Shown here: positions 19,890 to 30,388 of the stretch, piece by piece
Layout: the number at the start of each line of letters is the position of its first letter
Numbering within the stretch: the stretch's first letter is position 1
Source: a bacterium
Lineage (GTDB): Bacteria > CAIWAD01
Direction: 5' to 3'
Assembly (NCBI GenBank): GCA_030429345.1
Contig: JAUIFJ010000015.1
Coordinates: 28,931-92,930 of the forward strand
Length of the DNA: 64,000 nucleotides
Translations under genes and position numbers: made by a program
The notes under the pieces: model-generated
Told to the model about the DNA's origin: nothing
Database searches by the model: none
What the model saw: only the letters and a program-made list of their open reading frames with translations

Positions 19890-20975
19890 ATGGCCGGAAA
19901 CAGCTTCGGACAACTCTTCCGTGTGACAACGGCCGGCGAAAGCCACGGCCCGGGCCAGCTCGCCATCATCGACGGCCTGCCGGCGGGACTGGAGCTTTCT
20001 GTGGACGACCTGCTCCCCGACCTGCGCAGGCGCCGACCCGGGCAATCGGCCCTGGTCACGCAACGCCAGGAGGAGGACCTTCCCGAGATCCTTTCCGGCC
20101 TCTTCGAAGGGCGTACGACGGGCGCTCCGCTCTCGATCCTGATCCGCAACACGGACGCGCGTTCGAAGGACTACGAGTCCCTGCGTGATACTTTCCGTCC
20201 GGGACACGCCGACTACACCTGGCAGTCCCGCTTCGGCAGGAGGGACCACCGCGGCGGCGGCCGCTCCAGCGCCAGGGAAACCGTTGCCAGGGTAGCGGCG
20301 GGCGCCGTGGCGCGCAAGCTGCTGGCGACGGCGGGAATCGCGGTCCTCGGCTGGGTCGACAGCGTGGGCGGGATCACCCTGCCCGCTTCCGGCGAGGACA
20401 TGTATACGAGGGAGGAGGTCGAGGCCTCTCCGACACGCTGCCCGCACCCGGAAACGGCTGGACGGATGACGGAGCTCATCGAGACCTGCCGGGAAGAAGG
20501 CGATTCCATTGGCGGGACGGCCGTGATCACGGCCACGGGCCTGCCTCCCGGCCTGGGCGAACCGGTCTTCGACAAGCTTCGCGCCGACCTGGCCAAGGGC
20601 CTCTGCAGCCTGCCGGCGGTAATGGGCGTCGAGTTCGGCGCCGGCTTCTCTGCCGCGGAAGCACGGGGAAGCGCCTTCCAGGATGCCATCGAACACGCCG
20701 GCCCGGAAGGGCTGCGCACACGAAGCAACCGCCACGGCGGCCTGCTGGGCGGCCTGAGCAGCGGCATGCCCCTGCGGCTTCGTTGCGCCGTCAAGCCCAC
20801 CAGCAGCATCCCAATGGCCCAACAGGGCGCGGGCAGCGACGGATCCCCGAAGGAGGTTTGTGTCACAGGCCGCCACGATCCCTGCCTGCTCCCGCGCTTC
20901 GTCCCCATAGCCGAGGCCATGGTCCTGCTGGTCCTGGCGGACCACTGGCTGCGGGCGAGGAGTGCTGCACTGTAG
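19890..20975 (+). CDS. aroC: Chorismate synthase
   Basis: GESHG, RPGHAD, RGGGRSSARET, KPTSSI, GRHDPC. Confidence 0.96.
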   Translation: MAGNSFGQLFRVTTAGESHGPGQLAIIDGLPAGLELSVDDLLPDLRRRRPGQSALVTQRQEEDLPEILSGLFEGRTTGAPLSILIRNTDARSKDYESLRDTFRPGHADYTWQSRFGRRDHRGGGRSSARETVARVAAGAVARKLLATAGIAVLGWVDSVGGITLPASGEDMYTREEVEASPTRCPHPETAGRMTELIETCREEGDSIGGTAVITATGLPPGLGEPVFDKLRADLAKGLCSLPAVMGVEFGAGFSAAEARGSAFQDAIEHAGPEGLRTRSNRHGGLLGGLSSGMPLRLRCAVKPTSSIPMAQQGAGSDGSPKEVCVTGRHDPCLLPRFVPIAEAMVLLVLADHWLRARSAAL

Positions 20976-20993
20976 GCGACGGACCCCGGGAAT

Positions 20994-21628
20994 CTGCAGG
21001 CGAAGCCTGCAGTCCTGTAGGATGTTTCTTCCCACCTTGAGATCCACCCCGGAGAGGACGGATCACACCATTCCCCTGATTCGCGGACCCCTACCTTGTT
21101 GGATCACACAGTCAAGGGTGGAACCCCCTGGAAAACTGCAGGCGAAGCCTGCAGCCCTTTTTGGTCGGCCGTTGCACGGCCGTGGAAATGGCGAGAATGT
21201 TCTGGTGATTCGGACCGAAAAGGGTAGTCAATAGAAAGGGCGAACTGTCCGCGAAGAAATCAACTATCTAGAACGGCCGTGCAACGGCCGAGCCACTCTA
21301 GCTGCAGGCTTCGCCTGCAGTCCTGTAGGATGTTTCTTCCCACCTTGAGATCCACCCCGGAGAGGACGGATCACACCGTTCCCCTGATTCGCGGACCCCT
21401 ACCTTGTTGGATTACACTGTCAAGGGTGGAACCCCCTGGCAAACTGCAGGCGAAGCCTGCAGCCCTTTTTGGTCGGCCGTTGCACGGCCGTGGAAATGGC
21501 GAGAATGTTCTGGTGATTCGGACCGAAAAGGGTAGTCACTAGAAAGGGCGAACTGTCCACGAAGAAATCAACTATCTAGAACGGCCGTGCAACGGCCGAG
21601 CCACTCTAGCTGCAGGCTTCGCCTGCAG
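20994..21628. repeat. 308-bp tandem duplication built from REP-like palindromes (REPIN/BIME-like)
   Basis: CTGCAGGCGAAGCCTGCAG or its reverse complement at 20994, 21136, 21302, 21444 and 21610; second palindrome TCGGCCGTTGCACGGCCGT; period 308. Confidence 0.9.
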
Positions 21629-21709
21629 CCCAAATCCCCGACCAACCAACCCCCATCCGGAGTCCTGGATCACACGAGGCCGGGACCCCCTGTCCGAGAC
21701 ATCCATCCC

Positions 21710-22879
21710 CTAGGCAGGCTGGACCTTCAGTTCGCGCAGCAAGGTTTCCCAGTTGGACATCTTCTCGAGGATCTCCCGGCGCAGCTGGTCCAGTTCGGCG
21801 CGCAGGGCGCGGGCCTGTTCGCTGCGGCGGCTGATGTGCTTGGCGCGGAGGGCGCGGTATTCGCTCCAGGCGACCTTGCTGCGCTGGTGCAGTTCTTCCA
21901 GGTTCGCCTCCAGGGCCTGCAGCTTCTCGCGGGCCTGGGCGGAGAGGCGCGTGATCCATTCCGGGTCCCGGCGCTCCAGGCGGCGCAGCCTTTCGCGGTG
22001 CAGGGCGAGGCGGATCGTCGCCTCCGGCACGCGCTTCAGGCCCCAGGCCTGGCGTGTGCGCTCCAGCAGCCAGATCACCCACTTGCCGGGATCGAAGTGC
22101 CAGGCGCGAATGCCGTTGCGGTAGTCGCCGGGGTAGGCGTGGTGATAGTTGTGGTAGCCTTCGCCGTAGGTCAGGAAGGCCACGAAGCCGCTGTCGCGGG
22201 CGCTGCTCTCGCCGTCGTAGGGCCTACGACCGAGCGTGTGACAGAGGCTGTTGATGAAGAAGGTCCCGTGATGCACGAAGACGATGCGCGCCACGCCGCC
22301 GAAGAGGAAGCCGCTCAGCGCGGCCTGCAGCAGGCCGTAGCCCAGCAGCGAGCCGATCCCCAGGCCGACCAGGGTCGGCAGCACCAGGGACAGGCCGATC
22401 ATCAGCTTGTGAATGTGGCGATCCTGCCAGACCAGGAAAGGATCCTTGAGCAGGTCCTTCACGTTGTCCCGGCTCAGCGGCGGTTGCTTGCGGATCAGCC
22501 AGCCTATGTGGGCATGAAAAAAGCCCTTGCGGATGTTGTAGGGATCGTAGGGCATGCCGTCGCGATCGACGAAGCGGTGGTGGTAGCGGTGCTCGCTGGA
22601 CCAGGTGATGGCGCTGTGCTCCAGGCTGGCCGTCGCCGCCAGCACCGCCGCCTTGCGCACCCAGGGCCTGGCGTCGAAACTGCGGTGCGCCACCAGGCGG
22701 TGATAGCCCACCGTGATGCCCAGTCCGGTGGCGTAGGCCATGAGAAGGAAATGCAGGATATCGAACAGCCCAAGGCCCCAGGTGGAGATGTACCAGGGCA
22801 CGCCAACCAGCGCCACGACGGGACTGATCAGCAGGAAAAGGGTTGTTTTCCAGTTGATGGGGCGATCTTCTGTCTTCAT
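21710..22879 (-). CDS. Delta-9-type acyl-CoA / fatty-acid desaturase
   Basis: His boxes GYHRLVAH, HRYHH, GEGYHNYHH; DYRNG; DPGKW. Confidence 0.92.
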   Translation of the reverse strand: MKTEDRPINWKTTLFLLISPVVALVGVPWYISTWGLGLFDILHFLLMAYATGLGITVGYHRLVAHRSFDARPWVRKAAVLAATASLEHSAITWSSEHRYHHRFVDRDGMPYDPYNIRKGFFHAHIGWLIRKQPPLSRDNVKDLLKDPFLVWQDRHIHKLMIGLSLVLPTLVGLGIGSLLGYGLLQAALSGFLFGGVARIVFVHHGTFFINSLCHTLGRRPYDGESSARDSGFVAFLTYGEGYHNYHHAYPGDYRNGIRAWHFDPGKWVIWLLERTRQAWGLKRVPEATIRLALHRERLRRLERRDPEWITRLSAQAREKLQALEANLEELHQRSKVAWSEYRALRAKHISRRSEQARALRAELDQLRREILEKMSNWETLLRELKVQPA

Positions 22880-23000
22880 GGTTTCCTTCAGGATGAACCG
22901 ATTCTCGGGAGTGCCTACCGAATGCCGAGCGACCCAGTTTAGGAAATCCGCCGAGCAGGGGCTTGACCGGCTCCGGAAAAAGCAAGTCCGCCGCCGGCGG

Positions 23001-25190
23001 CTACCGTCCCAGCGCGCCTTCCAGCGCCTCGGGTGAATCCAATGGCGCGGAGCAGCTGAAGTCTTCGCAAAGATAGACCCGGCAGCCCGTTTCCGGAATC
23101 TGCATCGCGCGGCACCAGGGCGTCAGGTCGTGCAGCGCATCCGCGTTGGCATGCGTCTTCAGCAGGCGCACCTGGAAGGGCAGGAAGCGCCTGTCCAGGA
23201 CCTGCAGCATCTCTCCGGCGGAGGCCCGGTCCGGCGCGCAGAGGACGATTTCGCTGCCTCCGTTCACCAGGTGATCCAGGGCGCAGAGGGCGCGATCCGC
23301 GCCATTGTGAGACAGCGCGGCTTCGGCCGCGATTCGCCCGGCCAGCGAGTGCGCGCGCTGCTCCAGTTCGGGCCGGGCCGTGAGACGGGCCAGCTGCACC
23401 AGGTTCTCGAGCGCCAGCGAATTGCCCGCGGGTAGGGCGCCGTCGTAAAAGTCCTTCTGCCGCGGAAGGGTTTCGCTGTACTCGGCGGCCGTCATGAAGT
23501 AGCCGCCGTGGTCCCGGTCCAGGTAGAGGCTGTCGCACTCCTGCTGCAGGCGCAGGGCCTCGCGCAGCCAGCGGGGATCGAAATCGGCCTGGTACAGCGC
23601 CAGCAGCCCGCCGATCAGAGCGGCGTGATCCATCAGCATGGCCGGTATACCGGCCTGCCCCTTGCGCCAGCGATGCAGCAGGCCGCCCTGTTCATCCCTC
23701 ATCTCCCGAAGAACGAACTCCGCGGCTTCGACGGCGGCGGCATGAAAAGCCGGCTCCTCCAGGACAACTCCTGCCCGCGCCAGGGCGGCGATCATCATGC
23801 CGTTCCAGTCGCAAAGCACCTTGTCGTCCAGCAGGGGATGCGGGCGGGTCTCGCGGCTGGCGAACACTTGCCGGCGGGCCTTCTCCAGGGCCTCCAGATC
23901 GGTGCCCGGAGGAAAGAGTGTCTCACGAATGCCTTCCCCGGGTCCGCCGGGAAGACGCAGCACGTGCAGCCCCTCTTCGCGCCCGCTTTCGCCGGCCCAG
24001 TTCCCGGCTCCGTCGACGCCGTATGCCTGGCAGAAGAGCTCGCCTTCTTCGCCCGCCGCTTCCAGCAGCTGCAGCCTCTTCCAGGTGTAGAAGCGCCCCT
24101 CTTCCCCTTCGCTGTCGGCGTCCTCAGCGGAATGGAATCCGCCGGCGGGGTCCCGCATGCGCTGGATCACATAGCCGCAGGTCTCGCGGATCACGTCCTC
24201 GTAGAACGGGCGGCCCGTCTGCTGCCATGCGTCGCAGTAGACGGGAAGCAGCAGGGCCTGGTCATAGAGCATCTTCTCGAAATGGGGCACACGCCACTCC
24301 CCGTCCGTCGAGTAGCGATGAAAGCCATGGCCGACCTGGTCGTAAAGGCCGCCGCGCCGCATTTCCTGCAGGGTCTTCTCCGCGGCGTGCAGCATCTCCG
24401 CGCGTGGAGTCCGCGCGTGTTGCGCAAGCAGCAGGGCCGTGTGCTGCGGAGTCGGAAACCTCGGCGCGCCGCCGAATCCGCCCCAGGCGGCATCGAAGCG
24501 CTGCAGGAGCTGGCTGGCCGCCGTTGCCGGCAGTGAAGGATCCACCTTGCCGGCAGGGCCCTCGAAGCGGCTGCGCTCGAGGGCCTGGCGGATCTGTGTC
24601 ACCGTGTCACGCACTTTCCCGCGCTCGTCCCGCCAGGCTCCCGCCAGCGCGGGCAGCAGCTCGAGCATGCCCGGCCGGCCATAGCGCTGCTCCTGCGGGA
24701 AATAGGTCCCGGCGAAGAAGGCCTGGCCTTCTGGGTCCATCACAATGGTCAACGGCCAGCCGCCCTGGCCGGTCAGGCTCTGGCAGATGCTCATGTAGTG
24801 CGCGTCCAGGTCCGGGCGCTCCTCGCGATCGACCTTGATCGAGACGAATTGCTCGTTGAGCAGCGCGGCGACGCTGTCGTCCTCGAAGCTCTCGTGTTCC
24901 ATGACATGGCACCAGTGGCAGGTGCTGTAGCCGATGCTGAGAAAGACCGGGCAATCGCGCCTGCGCGCTTCCTCGAAGGCTTCCGCGGACCAGGGCTGCC
25001 AGTGGACGGGATTGTCCTTGTGCTGCAGCAGGTAGGGGCTCAATTCCCCGGAAAGGCGGTTGTATGACATGCTTGCATCTCCCTTGGTTCCGGTTCCAGG
25101 CGCTTCGCTTCCACAGGCGGAAACAAGGAGGCCCGCCAGCAGCACGCAGCCGGGGATTCCTGTTCCCGCCCGCTTCCGGAGCAGTTTCAT
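23001..25190 (-). CDS. Thioredoxin-domain protein, YyaL/SPATA20-like
   Basis: [41 protein letters not shown]; start at ATG 25190 (ATGA overlap with upstream gene) or 25070. Confidence 0.9.
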   Translation of the reverse strand: MKLLRKRAGTGIPGCVLLAGLLVSACGSEAPGTGTKGDASMSYNRLSGELSPYLLQHKDNPVHWQPWSAEAFEEARRRDCPVFLSIGYSTCHWCHVMEHESFEDDSVAALLNEQFVSIKVDREERPDLDAHYMSICQSLTGQGGWPLTIVMDPEGQAFFAGTYFPQEQRYGRPGMLELLPALAGAWRDERGKVRDTVTQIRQALERSRFEGPAGKVDPSLPATAASQLLQRFDAAWGGFGGAPRFPTPQHTALLLAQHARTPRAEMLHAAEKTLQEMRRGGLYDQVGHGFHRYSTDGEWRVPHFEKMLYDQALLLPVYCDAWQQTGRPFYEDVIRETCGYVIQRMRDPAGGFHSAEDADSEGEEGRFYTWKRLQLLEAAGEEGELFCQAYGVDGAGNWAGESGREEGLHVLRLPGGPGEGIRETLFPPGTDLEALEKARRQVFASRETRPHPLLDDKVLCDWNGMMIAALARAGVVLEEPAFHAAAVEAAEFVLREMRDEQGGLLHRWRKGQAGIPAMLMDHAALIGGLLALYQADFDPRWLREALRLQQECDSLYLDRDHGGYFMTAAEYSETLPRQKDFYDGALPAGNSLALENLVQLARLTARPELEQRAHSLAGRIAAEAALSHNGADRALCALDHLVNGGSEIVLCAPDRASAGEMLQVLDRRFLPFQVRLLKTHANADALHDLTPWCRAMQIPETGCRVYLCEDFSCSAPLDSPEALEGALGR

Positions 25191-26074
25191 GCGCTCCAAA
25201 GGGCGAGCCAGAGCAGCAGCAGGATTCCTTTCTGCCACTTCTTGTAGCGGGCGAAAGCCTGTGTCCGCAGGGCGGCCGTCGCCGGCAGGAAGAGCGCGAG
25301 GGCCGGCAAGGCGGCCAGTGGAGGCATTCCCGGCCAGCTGTGCCACAGAAGCGCCCCCGCCGCGACCAGCAGAAGGAGCAGGCTGAGGCGCGCCGCTTCC
25401 ACCGGCGACCAGAGCACGGCAAGGGTCTTCTTGCCGCTCCGGCGATCGGCATCGATGTGACTCAGGCCGCTGCCCAGGGCGGAAGAAGCGCCCAACAGGA
25501 AGCCGCAGCACAGCAGCCAGGCGGTGTGATCCAGAAGAACACCGTGGAAATGACCGGCCACGATCAGCGGCAGGAGTACGCCGGTGCCGAGCGCTTCCAG
25601 CACTTCCCCGCCGCCGCGGTAATTGAAGGCAAAGGGCGCGAAGCCATAGGCCAGCACGCAGACCTCGGCCGCCAGCACCAGCACGCTCAGCGGACCGATG
25701 CCGCCCTCCTGCCAGAGGGCCAGCAGCAGGCAGGCCAGCAGCGAGAGGACGGCCACCACAAGAACGGAACGGTGTCCCAGCCTGCCCGCCGCAAGGGGGC
25801 GTCTGGCCGCCGCGGCCGGATTCCCGTGTACCTCCAGGCCATCCGCGCGCCGGTCGGCGAGATCGTTGCACAGGACAATGGCCAGGTGCGCCGGCAGCAG
25901 GAAGGCGCCCAGGGCCAGAAGACCGCCGGCATGTTGGGCCTGCAGCGGCCAGCCGGCCAGGTGCAGCCCCAGCCCTACGGGGAAGAGCAGCTTGGGAAAG
26001 GCCGCCGGACGCGCGCTGATCCACCAGGCGCGCCAGGAAGGCTTGACGGGCTGGATCTGTGTCAAGGTCGTCAT
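25187..26074 (-). CDS. UbiA/MenA-family prenyltransferase (second paralog)
   Basis: [34 protein letters not shown]; start ATG 26074. Confidence 0.78.
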   Translation of the reverse strand: MTTLTQIQPVKPSWRAWWISARPAAFPKLLFPVGLGLHLAGWPLQAQHAGGLLALGAFLLPAHLAIVLCNDLADRRADGLEVHGNPAAAARRPLAAGRLGHRSVLVVAVLSLLACLLLALWQEGGIGPLSVLVLAAEVCVLAYGFAPFAFNYRGGGEVLEALGTGVLLPLIVAGHFHGVLLDHTAWLLCCGFLLGASSALGSGLSHIDADRRSGKKTLAVLWSPVEAARLSLLLLLVAAGALLWHSWPGMPPLAALPALALFLPATAALRTQAFARYKKWQKGILLLLWLALWSA

Positions 26075-26143
26075 GAATAGAAGTTGCCAAGCTATGCCCT
26101 GATGGACAATTCCTTCGGCTCCAGACTCCGTGAAAGAAGGTGT

Positions 26144-26875
26144 ATGACAGGCCCGAACCCACTCATCGAATCGCTTTCCCTGCCCGCTTTGCTGGCGGAT
26201 CGCCTGGCGGCCTGCGACCGGAAGGTGCAGGAACGGTCGGCCTCCTGGAACAGCCTGGCGCCCAACGGACGCCGCGCCGCCTTGCCCGGCGAGATCCTCC
26301 TGCGGCACACTCCCCTACTGGAAACGGACCATGCCTGGGTCGCCTTTCTATGCGAGTATACAGAGTCTCTGCTGGAACATTTTCCCGAAAACCTCTTTTG
26401 CGACCTGGACGGTCTGGCGAGCGCTACCCGGCAAGGGTCGGCCCCGCTTTTTCATGCCCTGCTGGAACTCAACCTGCTCTATGGATGCAAGGGGCCGATC
26501 CGTTTCCGCTACGTGCATGATTTTCTCTATGGCTGGGACTGGGTCAAGTGGTTGCGTCGCACGCGCGGCAAGGCGGCAGAAACCCCGCCCTTTTCGATGA
26601 GTTTCCTGCAACACCTGCTGTCACGCGCAGGGGAGATCGGCCGGCAGCTCCAGGATCGTGATACAGGCTGGCAGGAACTGGCGCCCGGCGAGTTCCGCAA
26701 CCCCTTTCCCTACAGTCGTGAGCAGACGGACGAGGCCCTTCTGCTGCGCGAGGCTTCCCGTCGCGGGCTGGTGCCGGTGCGGACCTGGGGAAAGCCGCTC
26801 TTCGAAGCCGCCGGTCTGGATCGCAACTGGCACCAGGAGCGCGAAGCCCTGGCCCGGGAACTGGGGTTGGCGTAG
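26144..26875 (+). CDS. Hypothetical protein
   Basis: Protein-like composition ([23 protein letters not shown]); fills the gap between divergent and convergent genes. Confidence 0.6.
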   Translation: MTGPNPLIESLSLPALLADRLAACDRKVQERSASWNSLAPNGRRAALPGEILLRHTPLLETDHAWVAFLCEYTESLLEHFPENLFCDLDGLASATRQGSAPLFHALLELNLLYGCKGPIRFRYVHDFLYGWDWVKWLRRTRGKAAETPPFSMSFLQHLLSRAGEIGRQLQDRDTGWQELAPGEFRNPFPYSREQTDEALLLREASRRGLVPVRTWGKPLFEAAGLDRNWHQEREALARELGLA

Positions 26876-26890
26876 GGCCAAGGGTGTGTT

Positions 26891-26989
26891 CTCGCGCAGA
26901 GACGCAGAGACGCGATGGACATCCCGGTCAACCGGAGGCACCCGAACGTCCCGCTTCTCTTCTCTGCGGCCTCAGCGTCTCTGCGTGAG
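26891..26989. repeat. Inverted nonamer-array hairpin element
   Basis: CTCGCGCAGAGACGCAGAG is complementary to CTCAGCGTCTCTGCGTGAG; lies between convergent genes. Confidence 0.7.
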
Positions 26990-26992
26990 GTC

Positions 26993-28087
26993 CTAGCTCT
27001 CTTCCCGCTCGAGAATCTTCTCGACCACCGCGCTTCCCAGGCAGCGCTCGCCGTCGTAGAACACGGTGAACTGCCCCGCGGCGACTCCGGGGTCGGAGAC
27101 ATCCAGGGCAACCTGCCAGCGCTCTCCGTCTTCGGGTGTGACATGGCAGTCCCAGAGGCGCGGCCCGTGCCGCAGGCGGCACTGCAGACGGCCTTCGGGG
27201 GCCTCGGCCTGCAGCCAGTTGGGGGAGCCTGCGCGAAAGCGGCGACAGCGGCGCGCGGCGAGCCGCTCCGCGTGTGCCACATAGATCACGTTCTCGCCGA
27301 TGTCCTTGTCCACCACGTACCACGGCCCGCCATGCAGGCCGATCCCCTTGCGCTGCCCGATGGTGTAGTACCAGTAGCCCTCGTGGCGACCGATCACGCT
27401 CCCGTCCTCCTCGACGATGATCCGCCCTTCGCGCGTTCCCAGGTGATGTCGCACGAACTCGTCATAGGGGATCTTGCCCAGGAAGCAGATGCCCTGGCTG
27501 TCCCTGCGTTCGCGGTTGGGCAGGTTCCAGCGCGCCGCCAGTTCGCGGACCCGGACCTTGGGCAGTGCGCCAAGAGGAAACAGGCAGCGGGCCAGCTGCT
27601 CAGGACGCATGCGGGCCAGGAAATAGCTCTGGTCCTTGACCGGGTCGACGCCGCGGCGCAGCACGGACCCTTGGCTTTCGTGATCCAGGCGGGCATAGTG
27701 ACCGCTGGCAACACGGGAAAAGCCGCTGCCCGCGCTCTCCATGAAAGCACCGAACTTGATCCGGCTGTTGCAGAGCAGGTCGGGGCTCGGCGTGTGACCG
27801 GCGCGCAATTCCTGTACGACATAGGAGACCACGCGCTCCCAGTATTCCTCCTGCAGGGGAATCACCTGCAGCTCGACTCCCGCCTGCTCGCAGACGGCGC
27901 GGGCGTAGGCCAGGTCCTCCTCCCAGGGACAGTCCCCCAGGAAGGCCAGCTCCTCCTGCAGCCAGATTTTCAGGTAGAAGGCCGTCGGCCGGTGGCCCTG
28001 TTCCTGCAGCAGCCGGAGGGCCACGGAACTGTCGACACCGCCCGAGAGCAGCAGCGCGATCTCTTCTCCCTGCCGCGGCCGGATCAC
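26993..28087 (-). CDS. mnmA: tRNA 2-thiouridylase MnmA
   Basis: SGGVDSS, TPSPDLLCNSRIKF, SGHYA, KDQSYFL, DSQGICF, TIGQRKG; GTG start overlaps the upstream stop. Confidence 0.95.
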   Translation of the reverse strand: MIRPRQGEEIALLLSGGVDSSVALRLLQEQGHRPTAFYLKIWLQEELAFLGDCPWEEDLAYARAVCEQAGVELQVIPLQEEYWERVVSYVVQELRAGHTPSPDLLCNSRIKFGAFMESAGSGFSRVASGHYARLDHESQGSVLRRGVDPVKDQSYFLARMRPEQLARCLFPLGALPKVRVRELAARWNLPNRERRDSQGICFLGKIPYDEFVRHHLGTREGRIIVEEDGSVIGRHEGYWYYTIGQRKGIGLHGGPWYVVDKDIGENVIYVAHAERLAARRCRRFRAGSPNWLQAEAPEGRLQCRLRHGPRLWDCHVTPEDGERWQVALDVSDPGVAAGQFTVFYDGERCLGSAVVEKILEREES

Positions 28088-28392
28088 AGTTCGACCTGGA
28101 TCCTTCCGCCCTGCTCGCGCGCCGGGAAGGTGCGCAGGTCCTCGAAGGCCGGCGGCGTCAAGGCCGCTCCGGTGATCAGGCTGAAGCGCGCCCCGTGGAT
28201 CGGGCACTCGATCTCCTCGCCTTCGCAGGGGCCGTCGTGCAGTTCGAAATCGTCATGGGTGCACAGGTTCTCCACCGCGTAGGGTTGTCCCTGGATGCGG
28301 CAGAGCAGCAGGTCGACTCCCAGCAGTTCCACCCGTCGCGGCTGCCCTTCCTGCAGGTCTTCCGCCGCGCAGGCATCCTTGTATTCGGCCAT
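28084..28392 (-). CDS. Rieske [2Fe-2S] ferredoxin
   Basis: CTH...CPIHGARF. Confidence 0.9.
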   Translation of the reverse strand: MAEYKDACAAEDLQEGQPRRVELLGVDLLLCRIQGQPYAVENLCTHDDFELHDGPCEGEEIECPIHGARFSLITGAALTPPAFEDLRTFPAREQGGRIQVEL

Positions 28393-28443
28393 GGGTTCTC
28401 CTCTCCGGCCGGGTTCTTCCGGCCGCCTGCAAGCATAACACGA

Positions 28444-29334
28444 TCAGGGGATTCTTGCCTTCGCCTTGCGCGAGGCCTGCAGCAGGTCCGCGCTGAACAG
28501 GGCCAGGCCGATCCAGATCAGGCTGAAACTGAGCAGCTGCCCCGGCTTGAGCGCCTCGCCGAAGAGGCTCACCGCCAGCAGGAACTGCAGGCTGGGCGCC
28601 AGGTACTGCAGCAGGCCGGTGACGCTCAGGGGCAGTTCGCGTACTCCGCGGGCGAAGAGCCAGAGCGGAGTCAGGGTGACCAGGCCACAGAAGGGCAGGG
28701 CCCAGGGGAGCCAGGGGGGAGCCGGCCCGGAGGCCTGCGCGCTGCCGGCAACCAGCAGCAGGGCTGCCGGCACCAGGATCGTCGTTTCGATGAACAGCCC
28801 TTCCACGCTGCCGCGGCGCAGGCTTTTCTTCAACAGGCTGTAGCCGGCGAAACTGCTTGCCATGGCCAAAGCCAGCCAGGGCGTCGTCCCGGCGACGAGC
28901 ACCAGGTTGAGTACGGCAATGGCCGCCAGGCCGACGGCGCACAAACGAGCCGCGTTGAGTCTTTCCCGCAGCAACACCATGCCCAGCAGCACATTGAGAA
29001 GCGGATTGATGAAATAAGCCAGGCTGATGTCGAGCACCCGGTCGTGCTGCACCGCCCAGAGAAAAAGGCCCCAGTTGCCGCCGATCAGCAGGGCGCAGAT
29101 CGCGCGACGCAGGAGAACCCCGTCAAGGCGCACCAGGCTCTTCAGCAGATGGGAGGGCAGCCCGCGGTGGCGCAGTGCCAGCAGCAGCAGCGCCGTGCCC
29201 GCCGACCACAGGATGCGCTCCCCGAGCAGGACCCGGGCCGGAAGGCTTTCGACCAGTTTCCAGTAAAGCGGCGCCAGCCCCCAGAAGACGAAGGCGGCCG
29301 CCACGGAGCCCAGGCCCCGCGGTAGACGGTTCAA
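28444..29334 (-). CDS. rarD: EamA-family transporter RarD
   Basis: WGLAPLYWK, SLAYFINPL, GLLQYLAPSLQF. Confidence 0.85.
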   Translation of the reverse strand: MNRLPRGLGSVAAAFVFWGLAPLYWKLVESLPARVLLGERILWSAGTALLLLALRHRGLPSHLLKSLVRLDGVLLRRAICALLIGGNWGLFLWAVQHDRVLDISLAYFINPLLNVLLGMVLLRERLNAARLCAVGLAAIAVLNLVLVAGTTPWLALAMASSFAGYSLLKKSLRRGSVEGLFIETTILVPAALLLVAGSAQASGPAPPWLPWALPFCGLVTLTPLWLFARGVRELPLSVTGLLQYLAPSLQFLLAVSLFGEALKPGQLLSFSLIWIGLALFSADLLQASRKAKARIP

Positions 29335-30026
29335 CGCGCCAGGGTCAGGGACGCGCCGCTGACCAGCCGCGAGGCCGGATCCGCCAGGAAGGAGATCACC
29401 TCGGCAATGCCTTCCGGCGGCAGCCAGGAGGAGGTGTCCGCATCCGGCATGGCCTCGCGGTTGGCGGGAGTGTCAATGATGGTCGGAATGACGGCGTTGA
29501 CGCGAATGCCGTCGGGCAGCAGTTCTTCCGACAGCGAGCGCGTCAGGCCGAGCACGGCGGACTTGCTCGCCGTATACGCGGCCATGCTGGCGCCGCCGTC
29601 GTAGAGCGCGGGCCGTGCGCCGACCGTGATCACGCTGGCCGGCGACGCCTCGCGCAGGCGGGGCAGGGCCGAGCGAATGGTGTGATACAGCGAACGCAGG
29701 TTCATGTCCAGCATGCCTTCGAGATCCTCCGCCCCGGTCTCCGCCAGGCCGCCGAAGTGGAAGCCCCCCGCCATGCAGGCCAACGCATCCAGCCGACCCG
29801 CCGGCAGCGCCCTGAACCAGTCCTCGGCCGCCTGGGCTGAACTCAGGTCACACAGGGAGGCATGAAGCCTGCCTTCGCCCCGGAAGCCCTCCAGCAGGCG
29901 CTCCCTCTCCCGCTCGGTGAAACAGGGTACGTATACACTGCGACCGCCTTCCAGCAGGCTGCGCGTCACCGCGCTGCCCAGGAAGCCCGCGCCGCCGGTG
30001 ACGACGGCCATGGACGTGCTGGCCAT
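29331..30026 (-). CDS. SDR-family oxidoreductase
   Basis: VTGGAGFLG, YTASK, IIDTPANR. Confidence 0.9.
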   Translation of the reverse strand: MASTSMAVVTGGAGFLGSAVTRSLLEGGRSVYVPCFTERERERLLEGFRGEGRLHASLCDLSSAQAAEDWFRALPAGRLDALACMAGGFHFGGLAETGAEDLEGMLDMNLRSLYHTIRSALPRLREASPASVITVGARPALYDGGASMAAYTASKSAVLGLTRSLSEELLPDGIRVNAVIPTIIDTPANREAMPDADTSSWLPPEGIAEVISFLADPASRLVSGASLTLAR

Positions 30027-30039
30027 GAAATCCTCCTTT

Positions 30040-30387
30040 TCAGCCTTGCCTGGCGCCGGGCCAGTCTTCGCCTTCGTAGTAGCGCGTGCCCTGGTGCCCC
30101 TTGCGCGGGAAGGCCTGCCTGGCCCTCTCGCCCGGCGCTTCCACGTGGATCAAGGTGCGCGGCCGCCCGGACTTGGGGTTGATCGCCCCGGGCGTGAAGC
30201 CCGTGATACGCAGCCGGCCGACCACGCGGTGCTCGTGGATCGTGTAGACCCAGTGTCCGACCTGCAGCTTCGAGGGGCTGCCCGCCATGTGGAACTCGTA
30301 GTCCTTGAGCCGGCCGTCGTAGAGGGAATCGACGAAGTCGGCCCCCTCGCCGGCCGGAATGGTCTTGGTGATTCCGAAATCGCTCAC
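30040..30387 (-). CDS. Hypothetical protein, possibly PUA/ASCH-like
   Basis: GTG at 30387 with a GGAGG RBS directly after moaA; LQVGHWVY...VVGRLRITGF pattern. Confidence 0.55.
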   Translation of the reverse strand: MSDFGITKTIPAGEGADFVDSLYDGRLKDYEFHMAGSPSKLQVGHWVYTIHEHRVVGRLRITGFTPGAINPKSGRPRTLIHVEAPGERARQAFPRKGHQGTRYYEGEDWPGARQG

Positions 30388-30388
30388 C

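Noticed and set aside
21292..21303. GCCACTCTAGCT in the 308-bp repeat equals the first 12 nt of tRNA-Thr
   Set aside because: Only 12 bp with no further tRNA similarity; plausibly chance.
20962..21542. Duplicated ~90-aa ORFs inside the 308-bp repeat
   Set aside because: By-products of the DNA duplication; their starts differ and they show no coding signature.
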